From: Eukaryota sp. GEM-RC1
Lineage: Eukaryota
DNA length: 64,000 nucleotides
NCBI GenBank assembly: GCA_040285855.1
Contig: JAUFOQ010000004.1
Location: forward strand, 558,001 to 622,000
Direction of reading: 5' to 3'
A model generated the notes under the pieces. The model did no database searches. It was given only the letters and a program-made list of their open reading frames with translations, and was not told the origin of the DNA. Positions 26,539 through 38,744 of the stretch are shown here, one piece after another. Within the stretch, counting starts at the first letter, position 1, and each line of letters starts with the position of its first letter. The position numbers and the translations under genes were made by a program.

Positions 26539-28761
26539 ATGCCCAACCGCAAAACTAAAACAGGTAAAGGGCGTCTTGATAAGTTTTATCACTTAGCCAA
26601 AGAGCGTGGCTTCCGCTCTCGTGCTGCTTTCAAACTGATCCAACTGGATAAACGATATGACTTTCTTTCTTCATCTAAAGTTGTTCTTGATCTTTGTGCT
26701 GCTCCTGGTGGTTGGTCTCAGGTTGCTGTCCAGAAGTGTCCTGTCCCCTCTATCATTATAGCCATCGATCTTGATCCCATTCCGCCAATTAAGGGAGTTA
26801 TCACACTTCAAGAAGATATCACCACTCAATCATGCCGCGCTTCCATCAAGAAGCATCTCAAAGACTGGCAAACTGACGTTGTCCTTCATGATGGTGCTCC
26901 TAATGTTGGTTCTAACTGGGCTAAAGATGCTTACGGCCAAGCCGAACTCACCCTCCACGCTTGTCGTCTTGCCTGCGACTTCCTCCGTCCTAACGGGACC
27001 TTTGTGACTAAGATCTTTCGTTCCGCTGATTACACCGCTCTCCTATGGGTCTTTAACCAGCTCTTTGGTAGAGTTGAAGCCACAAAACCCCTCGCCTCCA
27101 GAAACACCTCTGCTGAGATCTTCGTTGTCTGCCAGCACTTCCGAGCTCCTGAAAACATTGATCCCAGATTATTCGATCCAAAGTCAGTGTTTTCAAACAT
27201 TGAGGAAAAGACAGACGCTCTGGTAGCTCTCTTTGCCAAACCTCATGGTCGTAAGCAAAGAGCTAATAGAGGAGGGTATAGCGAGGATGATGCTGGGCGA
27301 TTACCTAATAGTAAGAAGACCGATGTTGTTTCGTTTCTGTTCCCTGAAGGACCCAGAAGGAAGCTTCAGCATTGGCAGCTGAAGTTGTATCAAATAGTAG
27401 TTCGTTTGAGTTTGTTTCTGACGTGGCTAAGACGATTTTGGAAAGAATACGTGATCAGTTTGATGCAGTCAAAGTTGATTGGTTTTTGAGTTGTTGTCAG
27501 GATTTAAAGGTTCTTAATACTGCGGATCTCAAACAATTAATCAAATTCAGACGTCAAATTGTTAAAAGAACGAAGACCTCATTCCTGAACTTTCTCTTAC
27601 CAAACGTATTAAAGAGGAAGTTAATGATGACGACAAGGAAGATGATAGTGATGCTGAGATGAATGAGATGGGATTTCTTGAGAAGTTGGCAAAATCACGT
27701 GATAAGAGGGCAAAAAGAAGGAAATGAAGCTCAAAATCAAAGAACTTGAACGGAAGTTGTATAATATGACTGAAGATATGACTGTTGCAGAGGAGGATTA
27801 CGACGCTGAGCTCTTTTCACTCAAACAATTGCAGAAATTTGACCCTACTTCAAGTGGGAGTGAGACTGAAGAAGAAGCTGAGGATAGTGATTTTGATTCT
27901 GAAGGTGAATATTTAAAATTTATAGCGCAAGAAGCGGAGACTCATTATGAAACCGTTGCTAAACCAAGAAAACGTCTTTCTAAAAGCGAGGAAAAGAAAG
28001 CTGCACGTGCAGAAGCTAAACATGGATTTGAAGAAGTTTCAGCTGAAGAAACTGCCGGACTAAAACGAAGAGCTGGGAATTCTGAAGAAGTCAAGACAAT
28101 GCCAGCTAACAGTGATGACGATGCAGCTTTAGACACGACATCAGATTCGGAAGGTGTCGACGATATTGATTACGACTCTGATGTAGCAGCTGAACACTTA
28201 GCAATCGCTCAAAAAATGATTCGCAAAACTGATCGAGAAGAGCTCATTGATGACGCCTACAATCGCTATTCCTTCAACGACACTGACCTGCCATCTTGGT
28301 TCGTTGATGAAGAACAAGAACACGTGTTCAAGCATAAACCAATAACCAAAGAGGAAGTTGAAGCAATGAAGGAACGTCTACGAGAGATTGATGCTCGACC
28401 GATTAAGAAGGTTGCTGAAGCCAATGCTAGAAACAAACTAATGCTGAATAGAAAGTTGGAGAAGATCAAGAAGAAGGCACGTGATATTGCTGGTGATTCT
28501 TCAATGACTGGTGCTGAGAAACTCAAGGCCATTAATAGATCTTATAAGGCAGTTAAGCACATGGTTAAGAAACCAGAGCGAGTCTACGTAGTCTCAAGGA
28601 GATTCCAACAGGGAACTAAGCATGCTGGAGGAATTGGTAAGAAGAGATCTAGAGTTCGTTTTGTTGATGCTAGAATGAAGAAGGATTCAAGAAATGAGGC
28701 TATAGAAGGAAGTAAAAGGACTGGCAAGAAGAGTCTGGCACGTCAACGAAAGAGGAAGTAA
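26539..28761 (+). CDS. SPB1: Pre-rRNA 2'-O-methyltransferase Spb1/FTSJ3 (three frameshifts, ~27352, ~27566, ~27715)
   Basis: RLDKFYHLAKE.GFRSRAAFKLIQL, LDLCAAPGGW, VLHDGAPNVG, KPLASRNTSAEIF; C-terminal DAYNRYSFND..LPSWF, ARPIKKVAEA, VDARMKKD. Confidence 0.95.
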
Positions 28762-28782
28762 GTTTTAGTTTATTTAGATTAG

Positions 28783-29250
28783 TTATTTAGTTTTGTTTTG
28801 GCTTTTATAATTTAAAACATCGGTGTTTTGTTTTAAATGATAAGTTAAAGAGAAATATGGTGGTTTTATTAAATCATTTAGAATTGTTACCAAAAGGTAA
28901 TTTAGAGCTGCGAGGACAGCTCGGTGTTCTTTATTCACGTCATTCTGTAACAATCTTTCTAGTAGAGGTGGAGCTTGTATGGCTGAGAACAAAAGAGAAC
29001 TAGATTGGGATCCGTGGTTCTTGTGGCATTTCAATTTGATTGGTTGGTCATTGATCAAACCAGCTGCACGTGCTTCTCTTTTACGTCTGAGGTTCTCAGT
29101 GGTTGGAAAGTTATTTCGACGTTCACTGACAAAGGCTTCAGTTTGAGCAACAGAAGAAGTAGACGAGAGTTGGTGAGTTATGTCAGGAGATGCTGGAGGA
29201 GTTACATTTTTGGAGGAAGATGAAAACAATTGGAAACCTTCACCAAGCAT
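28783..29250 (-). CDS. NUFIP1/Rsa1-like protein (box C/D snoRNP assembly)
   Basis: FVSERRNNFPT resembles the W..ER...YPT motif; C-terminal LLERLLQNDV.KE...L..L.YL helix. Confidence 0.6.
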   Translation of the reverse strand: MLGEGFQLFSSSSKNVTPPASPDITHQLSSTSSVAQTEAFVSERRNNFPTTENLRRKREARAAGLINDQPIKLKCHKNHGSQSSSLLFSAIQAPPLLERLLQNDVNKEHRAVLAALNYLLVTILNDLIKPPYFSLTYHLKQNTDVLNYKSQNKTK

Positions 29251-30200
29251 TGAATACGAAGAAACTGATTAGATGGTCAAAGAAGAGTAAATGAGTACAG
29301 TGTCAAATCTTGAACAGATGTGAAGCTAAAATAATAGCAAGAGAAAGAAAAAAATGTAATTTGTTTCATTGTAGGAGTCTGTGGATGATGGCAAACAGAC
29401 ATCTTTAAAGAATGCTTACTCTGAAACTTCCCCTTTAGACGATTCTGAACAACACAAACAAGATAAGTACAAAAAAGAATTGTTGGCTCCAAAATATGAA
29501 TTGTGTCCTTTTGCTAATCAATCTACGACCGGTTAAGAAAAGAACGTTAATTTTTTTTTAAAGAATCGTTTTTATTGTGTTTAAAATAATTCCCCTAATC
29601 ATCTGCAAAGCTTAACTAATACGGAAGTAGATGTGAATTCCTTTTATGAGTATACAGCTGTTGAAAGATTTGATAGTGCCGGGTGTTATATTAATGACAT
29701 CAAATTTTAGCCTTTTCAGTATAGTACATTTATAAATTACTAAAGAATTACTAAAAAAGGGAACAGAACGGAAAGATTTTCAGTCATACGATCAAATGTT
29801 GCGAACACCAATACTGACAATACTGACAATCTTAGTGTTTTTGTTCCATAAAAAAGAGATATAGTCGAAGTCGTAATACAAGCAGGGTTCCAATACAAGC
29901 AAGGTCCTAAGACAAGCATAGTAGAGTGTATGCTTGAATCGTTTCACCAAATATACTCACCGTTTCCTTTTTTTTAAAAAATACTGATCTCTATACAGAA
30001 AACCGCAGAGAGTCATATTAGAATTATTCATAGATTCCTATTTACGAAAGCCCTTAGCCATCATAATTATTATAAGGTGTTCCGGTCCTGGAACACTCCA
30101 GTAGTCACTACTGGAGACGATTTAAGAAGAAAACTGATAATTAATATAATTTATTCAAAGATTAAAAAGGATCAGAATAAAACAAAATTAAATACTGTAC

Positions 30201-31497
30201 TTACTTAAACCAAGGAATGGCTTTCCTGTCATTAGGGAAGTACCAATCATAAGACAGGAAAACTTCCTCGTCCTTCAAATGTCTAAGAGCATAGAGACCA
30301 ACCAGCTTTTGCCCGTTCACATCATTGAAGTCTTTTAAAAAAGCATTGTGTTCGGGGTGGTAGTTGGCGAACTTGCCCAAGCATATAGCATTAGTTCCGT
30401 CAAGGTACATCCCGTCTTTTCTTTGGACAATGTAGCTAGTAAAGGATCGTTTAGCTAATTTCTTTGAGATCTGAACACCTCGCCAGTAGGCAATGAGATC
30501 ATAAGGAATGAGAGTCCCAGAAACGAAGAGACCGTTTCCTGCATTAGTTAAAGTAGAAGGAGCCTTGTAGATTGAGAAAGGGCGTCCAGTAAGTAAGGAA
30601 CAAATCGACTTGCATGACACTAAAATGAATTACAAAGTTGAAACAAACTCGAACCATCTTCATTCATTGTTCTTCCGATCCACAGTAGAGAGAGATCGCT
30701 CACTTCCAAAGTCTTGTTTTTCATAATCTTCTTCTTCTCATCGTGTGCTTTCTAGGATTAGAGTAGTCGATCCTCAACATACCAGCATGACGCATTCTTC
30801 ACACACAAATGCAGTTCCTTTGTCCCATCTGTCTAGCACACATTCTACATGGAATGCCCATTTGCAGAATCCTTCGCAAAAGACAATGTCCTTGACCTTT
30901 GCACTGGCCTCTTCCTCACAGATAGGACAACTAACTCCATACTCAACTCCTTCTGAGTCTGAGCTGGAATCTTCGAGGTAGTATTCTCTTGCAGATGGGT
31001 GTACTCTCACATCACCAGTAGGGAGGTGGATGCAGGTTCGTTCCTCAGGGGATAGGTCAGCGTGTACTTTGACGGGTTTGGATGGCGTAAAGTTTAGGTG
31101 CTTCCACATGTGGCATATTGCTGTAATTAGTAAGCAGAACACCACAAACTGATAGATAAGTATTCGCACCCGGGAACTCCGCATTGATACTGGTGATCAG
31201 GTTTGGAGTTAAGAGCCTTACAGCTTCTACGATGGGTTTTGAGGTCTCCTTTTTCGGTAAAGGATTGATGACAACCTTCACATTCGTGGGGTTTTTCACC
31301 CGTGTGGATGAGCATGTGTTGCCTCAGGTTGTAAGCTGAATTCAATGTCTAGGATTAGTTTGTGGTTAAACACATACCTTCGAACATTCACTGCACTGGT
31401 ACCTAGTTGAATGCTTGGCGTTTACGTGCTTCCTTAATCCATCCTTGGTTCCCAAAACTTTATCACAGTCCTTACAAGCATACCCTCTTGTGGACAT
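30201..31497 (-). CDS. C2H2 zinc finger + PHD + SET domain protein, 5 exons, 392 aa
   Basis: Exons 31497-31378, 31348-31150, 31120-30783, 30751-30649 and 30619-30201 sum to 1179 nt of open frame after removing GT-AG introns of 29, 29, 31 and 29 nt; HTGEKP linker; C4-H-C3 PHD; SET motifs AGNGLF, KFANYH, EEVFLSY. Confidence 0.85.
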
Positions 31498-31649
31498 GTG
31501 AGAAGAATTAATGCCGGTAGAAAAGTGAATTTCGTCTGTTACACTTCATTTATACTGGATTTTAGTGGATTTTATTTCGGGTCAGGTGCTTATCAAGAAT
31601 TTTCACTCCTGATTCCCATTTTCTAGTCTTTCATTTTTGTCAAGCTGAT

Positions 31650-32070
31650 ATGTCCTATAAATCTGATCTTTTACTTGCTTACAGTGAACAGGAGGGAAGT
31701 TCGGGGTCTGGATGATGTTGCCATAACTGACTTGACAAAACTCAGTTATCACACCACTTCCGATACCAGAGTTCGTGATCTTTATACTTACTTTTTTCTT
31801 GTCCGCAATTTCTCAAGTATTCTGGGTTCACCAAACAACTATCAGTAGATGGATCAAAGATCTCTTTAACCCCAAACTAGTTCCTCAGGACTCCTGTTGT
31901 ATCCTCAGCAATGATGACGGTGATTTCATTGAGAATGTTCTTTCCCAGAAACCTCTTCAGTTCCTACACGAATTCTCCAAAGTAGTTCAGACTTATCTCA
32001 ATAAAAGCGTGTCACCCTCAACTATTCATCGCTCCCTTGTTCATAAAAAGACAGTGGACCAGAAAAACAT
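31650..32070 (+). pseudogene. IS630/Tc1-like transposase N-terminal remnant
   Basis: HTH-like VHQTTISRWIK and PLQFLHEF.......NKSVSPSTIHRSL; stops and frameshifts upstream; no DDE domain seen. Confidence 0.6.
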
Positions 32071-32625
32071 AAGCAAAAACTGTATTCTTTATGAAACAAA
32101 TGATACAGAAACGTATCCTACAGTGACGCTAAATAGTTCTACACAGTTATCAGATCCTGCACACCCGTGTTGTCTCATAAAAGATCCTTACATTTCAGTA
32201 TCTACAAACCAAATGATGATAATGTCCATAAAGTACAACTTAACAGAGAAGGTGGTGACGATACAAAAAGATAGATGAAGCATGAGAAGACTTTCACAAT
32301 TTCAGAGTCGTTCTGATGAAATAAAATCAACGTATGATTCGATCCAAAGACCAACCCAGTGACTGGGAAGGAGTGTAAAAGATGATCTGTGACAGTTTGT
32401 GGCATTTCATTTCAACAAAAGGTTGAATCAACACGAAGTAAGGAAGCAAGAGCATCGCAAGCAAGGATATAGTGTGTGTAGAGAACTATAAAAGACACAA
32501 ACGTGATGTTTATGGTCATCCAATGAAAAGTGGTGTGGAAACACTAAACGAAGGAAGGAAAAAATTGGGTCCAAAATTGGGAGTGAAAATGTGAATTAAG
32601 GATCTCATGTGAAAAGCACAGTATG

Positions 32626-35164
32626 TAGAGATGGGAGCCGGCTAAATTTAGCCGGCTCAGCCGGCTAGCCGAGCCAGCCGGCTGTCCCAAATTGGAAATA
32701 TTTCCAGCTGCAAGCCGGCTGGCTCAAATAACTTTTAGCCGGCTCAAGCCGATTATTGAAATTTCATTTTTGACAGCTGAAATATTTATAATTCGTTCAT
32801 GAATTGATACAAACATAACATTGCAGGACATTAAATATTAAAACTAAAGAATTTCTATAAAAATAATCTTTATCAACATTAGCACAATAATCAGCAGTTT
32901 ACATTCTTCACATCAATTTGCAATGGACATTACTTTGGTCTCTGACAATGAAGAACCTATAGAAGTATCTCAAAGCAACTCTTCCAACGACATAGTTTCC
33001 TTAGAACTCCTCAAGCCTCTTCCCAAAGATATTGCTCCTTTCTTCCAACAGGCGGCCAAGAAACTCCCAAATGGTGATATAGAAGTGCGTACTGAAACCA
33101 TCGAATGTAAATTTTGTGTCTCTAAGCGCTACAAGTCATCGACAGCCACAGGTAACTTGCGTTCTCATGTGAGAAAGCACCATAATAAGCTCTATGAATC
33201 TGAAGTTCCTCCCCTTAAAAAGAGTCGACAAATAACTGAATATCTTCAGCCAACAGAACGCTCCTTCAAAAAAAGATCCAAGTGGAGTAATTCCTCTCAT
33301 TGTTGATCATATTCTTGCTGATCAACATCCATTGTCGTACATTGAATCTCCAACTCTCTTGAAGATCCTTCAGTTTTACGAACCGTCTGTGAGTCTACCG
33401 TGCAGAAAAACGATTACGGATACGATATTGAATTTATTCGCACAAAAAAAGTTATTGCTTCAAGAAACGCTGGCACTTAACACTTCGAAGATGTCTCTTA
33501 CGTCCGATTTGTGGACTTCAAATAATGGGACACCCTATATTTCTGTCGTAGGCCACTACATTAATGACGCATATGAGCTACTTACATGCACTCTCGATAT
33601 CTCTTACTTGCCTTTTCCGCATACCGCAGAAATGATTTCAGCGAAACTGAACACCATTATTGCTGATTATGGGCTTCAAACCAAGACACAATCATGGACA
33701 ACTGACAATGCTGGGAACATTGTGAATGCAGTTGATTTACTGAACGAAAGGTCTGAAAATCAGCGATGCTTTGCTCATGTTTTAAACATCATGGTCCAGA
33801 ATGGATTGCCCTTTATACAAGCCAGTATACTTAAGATTCAAAAATTGACGTCTAAAACCCATATGTCCAGTTCATTGAATGAAAAGCTCAAAACTTGCGC
33901 CAAAGACACAGGCAAAAATTTCAAAGAATTCCCTCTGACGTTCCTACTCGCTGGAATAGTACATATCTCATGCTAAAAACGTATCACGACCAGTTGGCTA
34001 TCATTAATTACTTCTTACAAAATGAGCAAATTACTGAACTAATATTATCTGACTTTGAAACAGTAACATTGTCAAAGCTGTTGAAACTGTTGAAACCATT
34101 CTATGATATCACAACCGATCTTTCATCTGCATCTGACGTGACAATTTCCCATACAATTCTGTATTGGGAAACCATAAAAGAAGTGCTAGATGTTGAAATT
34201 GCCAAATTTGGCCAAGGAGTACTAAACAGCAATTTGGCAGAATTGGAGAATATTCGCCGGAAGTCAGACCTGCACAAAAAGATGCAGGAATTGAGTGAGG
34301 TATATCCAAACAAAGTAACCGGTTTTTGTAGCATCTTTATGAAGAAAATCATTGCTAAGTACGATGCCAATGTACTGAATGACACGACCAAGATTGCAAC
34401 TGTGATGGATCCGTCTATCAAGTTAAGTCCTTTAATGTGGCCAACGCATGTGAACTTGCAGGAAGTTAGACATCTGCTATTAACACGCCTTCAGGAGGAG
34501 TATAGCAGTGAAAATGGAGGAAGAGAAGTGAGAAAGAAGACCAAATCCTTCAGAGCTAAGCTTAAGATCATCAAAGAATCTGTGTCCCAGAACAGTACCA
34601 CAGATGAACGTTCTGACTCTGAGGATCTATCAGTTGAAAAGGAGTTAGATACGTATCTTTCTATGTTTTCGGCCGAGAATGACAATCCCTTAGATTGGTG
34701 GAGAGTAAACTCTGAAAACTTTCCTCTGATGAGCAAATTTGCAAGGGATATGTTAGCTGTTCAAGCGACCTCCGTTAGTAGTGAACGATTGTTTTCACAA
34801 ACTGGTAACGTAATAACTAAGAAGCGTTCCCGGTTAGATGACACCACGGTAACTGCATTAATGTGTTTGCGGTGCTGGCTTTTGAACGAAGAAGATCAGA
34901 AAGACGATGAGTAGAGTAGCGATAATTGAAGAATAGGGTAGAATTTATGTATAACAATAATGAACCACATAAAACAAATCTATCAAAGAGAAGACACTGA
35001 AAGCATATGCTTTGACAAAACAGTTAAACAATAAATCTACATCAAACTCATTGCGGCTGAGCCGGCTAAAGCCGGCTTGAGCCGGCTAAACTATGTTGGA
35101 AGCCATAGCCGGCTAACTAGTACCTGCAGCTGAGCCGTGAGCAAAATTTGAGCCGGCTCCCATC
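32626..35164 (+). mobile_element. Near-complete hAT transposon; right TIR appears to lack its terminal 4 bp
   Basis: Left end TAGAGATGGGAGCCGGCT, right end AGCCGGCTCCCATC; many AGCCGGCT subterminal motifs at both ends; no TSD recoverable. Confidence 0.88.
32923..34914 (+). CDS. hAT transposase with BED finger, DDE core and dimerisation domain (frameshifts ~33272, ~33920)
   Basis: CKFC...NLRSHVRKHH; SLTSDLWTS; TTDNAGN; RCFAHVLN; DVPTRWNSTY; LDWWR...ARDMLAVQATSVSSERLFS. Confidence 0.9.
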
Positions 35165-35570
35165 AAAAGGGAGCCTCCGGCTGGTACAGCTTCAGCTTCG
35201 TTACTGTCGTCTTCGGACTCAGTGGCGGACTCGAACTCTTCAACTTCGGCGGCAGGGCGGGACAATGCTTCGGAAGCCTGGAGAGCAGCGGCGTAAGCTT
35301 GGAGGTCCTCCAAGAACTTACAAGACTCCAGACGGGAGGTTCCGTTCAGGAGTGGGGCTGAGAGTGAGTTGGTTTGTTGGGGATTGCCCACAGTAATTAC
35401 TGTTGGTCTTTGTGCACTAAAATGGTACATACTTAAAGAGGAGAACCTTTATAAGGATAAGAACCTCTGTAGATGTAAGGGGGAAGATAAAAACCTAATA
35501 TGAAATTACACAAATCTACAACTACAACACTGCCTTTTCTTCTTATTGGGTAATTCATATTAAAAATAAA

Positions 35571-36488
35571 CTAGTGAGATGTACGATTTCTTGTTTTCAT
35601 ACGGTGCTGGTTGCGAGCTACAACAGGGGCGGACTTGTGGTGTTGGGCTTTCCAAGCAGCGTCTAGTTTAGAGTTAGCACGGGCAGTTGCGGGGCCTCTA
35701 GCTTGAGGAGGTTCATCAATGTACTTCCTGCGGTAAGCGTAGTAGGCGGCGGTATTCTCTACTGAGCGACCTTCCCAGGTGGTAGTACCATCCAGCCCGT
35801 TTTTGAATGAAGAGAAGACACGGGAAGAGACGGAAGAAGGAGTGATGCCTTTGATAAAGGAGGACAGGAAGTGATCTTCTTTGAAAATCAGGTGGGAGAT
35901 CTGTTTCTTGAGGTCTTGAAACCTTAGAACGTAGTCTGCCAAGCGCATGGAGGACTCTTTTATAGAGGGGTTCATACTGATCTTCGAAAGCAGGCGGTCG
36001 GCGAGAGCTTCATCATGAATGAGAGAATTGGAGTAGATCCACGCAAGAAGTTGTTCGTTGTCTTCCTCAGCTTCGGGGCAGAGAAGAGGAATGGCGGATA
36101 AAAGGCGTGGGCTAATAAAGCGGCGGATAACAGGGATAAGAGAGTTCATCTCTGGCGGGACAGAGACTTCGGATGGGTCTGGACAGAACTGTAGCATAGG
36201 AGAGCGAACAATTCTGGAGGGAGGAGCGGGACCTCCGGCTGGTACAGCTTCAGCTTCGTTACTGTCGTCTTCGGACTCAGTGGCGGACTCGAACTCTTCA
36301 ACTTCGGCGGCAGGGCGGGACAATGCTTCGGAAGCCTGGAGAGCAGCGGCGTAAGCTTGGAGGTCCTCCAAGAACTTACAAGACTCCAGACGGGAGGTTC
36401 CGTTCAGGAGTGGGGCTGAGAGTGAGTTGGTTTGTTGGGGATTGCCCACAGTAATTACTGTTGGTCTTTGTGCACTAAAATGGTACAT
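35571..36488 (-). CDS. Gag-like protein with chromodomain-like tail, copy 1 (305 aa)
   Basis: LADYVLRFQDL...FIKGITP resembles Ty3/gypsy Gag; DGTTTWEG resembles the end of a chromodomain. Confidence 0.6.
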   Translation of the reverse strand: MYHFSAQRPTVITVGNPQQTNSLSAPLLNGTSRLESCKFLEDLQAYAAALQASEALSRPAAEVEEFESATESEDDSNEAEAVPAGGPAPPSRIVRSPMLQFCPDPSEVSVPPEMNSLIPVIRRFISPRLLSAIPLLCPEAEEDNEQLLAWIYSNSLIHDEALADRLLSKISMNPSIKESSMRLADYVLRFQDLKKQISHLIFKEDHFLSSFIKGITPSSVSSRVFSSFKNGLDGTTTWEGRSVENTAAYYAYRRKYIDEPPQARGPATARANSKLDAAWKAQHHKSAPVVARNQHRMKTRNRTSH

Positions 36489-36628
36489 ACTTAAAGAGGA
36501 GAACCTTTATAAGGATAAGAACCTCTGTAGATGTAAGGGGGAAGATAAAAACCTAATATGAAATTACACAAATCTACAACTACAACACTGCCTTTTCTTC
36601 TTATTGGGTAATTCATATTAAAAATAAA

Positions 36629-37546
36629 CTAGTGAGATGTACGATTTCTTGTTTTCATACGGTGGTGGTTGCGAGCTACAACAGGGGCGGACTTGTGGTG
36701 TTGGGCTTTCCAAGCAGCGTCTAGTTTAGAGTTAGCACGGGCAGTTGCGGGACCTCTAGCTTGAGGAGGTTCATCAATGTACTTCCTGCGGTAAGCGTAG
36801 TAGGCGGCGGTATTCTCTACTGAGCGACCTTCCCAGGTGGTAGTACCATCCAGCCCGTTTTTGAATGAAGAGAAGACACGGGAAGAGACGGAAGAAGGAG
36901 TGATGCCTTTGATAAAGGAGGACAGGAAGTGATCTTCTTTGAAAATCAGGTGGGAGATCTGTTTCTTGAGGTCTTGAAACCTTAGAACGTAGTCTGCCAA
37001 GCGCATGGAGGACTCTTTTATAGAGGGGTTCATACTGATCTTCGAAAGCAGGCGGTCGGCGAGAGCTTCATCATGAATGAGAGAATTGGAGTAGATCCAC
37101 GCAAGAAGTTGTTCGTTGTCTTCCTCAGCTTCGGGGCAGAGAAGGGGAATGGCGGATAAAAGGCGTGGGCTAATGAAGCGGCGGATAACAGGGATAAGAG
37201 AGTTCATCTCTGGCGGGACAGAGACTTCGGATGGGTCTGGACAGAACTGTAGCATAGGAGAGCGAACAATTCTGGAGGGAGGAGCGGGACCTCCGGCTGG
37301 TACAGCTTCAGCTTCGTTACTGTCGTCTTCGGACTCAGTGGCGGACTCGAACTCTTCAACTTCGGCGGCAGGGCGGGACAATGCTTCGGAAGCCTGGAGA
37401 GCAGCGGCGTAAGCTTGGAGGTCCTCCAAGAACTTACAAGACTCCCGACGGGAGGTTCCGTTCAGGAGTGGGGCTGAGAGTGAGTTGGTTTGTTGGGGAT
37501 TGCCCACAGTAATTACTGTTGGTCTTTGTGCACTAAAATGGTACAT
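36629..37546 (-). CDS. Gag-like protein with chromodomain-like tail, copy 2
   Basis: Intact 305-aa ORF in the repeat unit. Confidence 0.6.
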   Translation of the reverse strand: MYHFSAQRPTVITVGNPQQTNSLSAPLLNGTSRRESCKFLEDLQAYAAALQASEALSRPAAEVEEFESATESEDDSNEAEAVPAGGPAPPSRIVRSPMLQFCPDPSEVSVPPEMNSLIPVIRRFISPRLLSAIPLLCPEAEEDNEQLLAWIYSNSLIHDEALADRLLSKISMNPSIKESSMRLADYVLRFQDLKKQISHLIFKEDHFLSSFIKGITPSSVSSRVFSSFKNGLDGTTTWEGRSVENTAAYYAYRRKYIDEPPQARGPATARANSKLDAAWKAQHHKSAPVVARNHHRMKTRNRTSH

Positions 37547-37686
37547 ACTTAAAGAGGAGAACCTTTATAAGGATAGGAACCTCTGTAGATGTAAGGGGGA
37601 AGATAAAAACCTAATATGAAATTACACAAATCTACAACTACAACACTGCCTTTTCTTCTTATTGGGTAATTCATATTAAAAATAAA

Positions 37687-38604
37687 CTAGTGAGATGTAC
37701 GATTTCTTGTTTTCATACGGTGGTGGTTGCGAGCTACAACAGGGGCGGACTTGTGGTGTTGGGCTTTCCAAGCAGCGTCTAGTTTAGAGTTAGCACGGGC
37801 AGTTGCGGGACCTCTAGCTTGAGGAGGTTCATCAATGTACTTCCTGCGGTAAGCGTAGTAGGCGGCAGTATTCTCTACTGAGCGACCTTCCCAGGTGGTA
37901 GTACCATCCAGCCCGTTTTTGAATGAAGAGAAGACACGGGAAGAGACGGAAGAAGGAGTGATGCCTTTGATAAAGGAGGACAGGAAGTGATCTTCTTTGA
38001 AAATCAGGTGGGAGATCTGTTTCTTGAGGTCTTGAAACCTTAGAACGTAGTCTGCCAAGCGCATGGAGGACTCTTTTATAGAGGGGTTCATACTGATCTT
38101 CGAAAGCAGGCGGTCGGCGAGAGCTTCATCATGAATGAGAGAATTGGAGTAGATCCACGCAAGAAGTTGTTCGTTGTCTTCCTCAGCTTCGGGGCAGAGA
38201 AGGGGAATGGCGGATAAAAGGCGTGGGCTAATGAAGCGGCGGATAACAGGGATAAGAGAGTTCATCTCTGGCGGGACAGAGACTTCGGATGGGTCTGGAC
38301 AGAACTGTAGCATAGGAGAGCGAACAATTCTGGAGGGAGGAGCGGGACCTCCGGCTGGTACAGCTTCAGCTTCGTTACTGTCGTCTTCGGACTCAGTGGC
38401 GGACTCGAACTCTTCAACTTCGGCGGCAGGGCGGGACAATGCTTCGGAAGCCTGGAGAGCAGCGGCGTAAGCTTGGAGGTCCTCCAAGAACTTACAAGAC
38501 TCCAGACGGGAGGTTCCGTTCAGGAGTGGGGCTGAGAGTGAGTTGGTTTGTTGGGGATTGCCCACAGTAATTACTGTTGGTCTTTGTGCACTAAAATGGT
38601 ACAT
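37687..38604 (-). CDS. Gag-like protein with chromodomain-like tail, copy 3
   Basis: Intact 305-aa ORF in the repeat unit. Confidence 0.6.
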   Translation of the reverse strand: MYHFSAQRPTVITVGNPQQTNSLSAPLLNGTSRLESCKFLEDLQAYAAALQASEALSRPAAEVEEFESATESEDDSNEAEAVPAGGPAPPSRIVRSPMLQFCPDPSEVSVPPEMNSLIPVIRRFISPRLLSAIPLLCPEAEEDNEQLLAWIYSNSLIHDEALADRLLSKISMNPSIKESSMRLADYVLRFQDLKKQISHLIFKEDHFLSSFIKGITPSSVSSRVFSSFKNGLDGTTTWEGRSVENTAAYYAYRRKYIDEPPQARGPATARANSKLDAAWKAQHHKSAPVVARNHHRMKTRNRTSH

Positions 38605-38744
38605 ACTTAAAGAGGAGAACCTTTATAAGGATAGGAACCTCTGTAGATGTAAGGGGGAAGATAAAAACCTAATATGAAATTACACAAATCTACAACTACA
38701 ACACTGCCTTTTCTTCTTATTGGGTAATTCATATTAAAAATAAA

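Noticed and set aside
27715..27726. AAA-TGA at an SPB1 frameshift, suggesting Euplotes-type programmed frameshifting
   Set aside because: The required shift is -1, one missing A in the preceding run explains it, and the other examined sites lack the motif
26539..29250. SPB1 and NUFIP1-like genes tail-to-tail as a functional rRNA-methylation cluster
   Set aside because: A single adjacency in a compact genome; no evidence of co-regulation
35113..35430. 105-aa ORF fusing the array protein N-terminus to new sequence
   Set aside because: It is the truncated last repeat unit reading through into the hAT TIR
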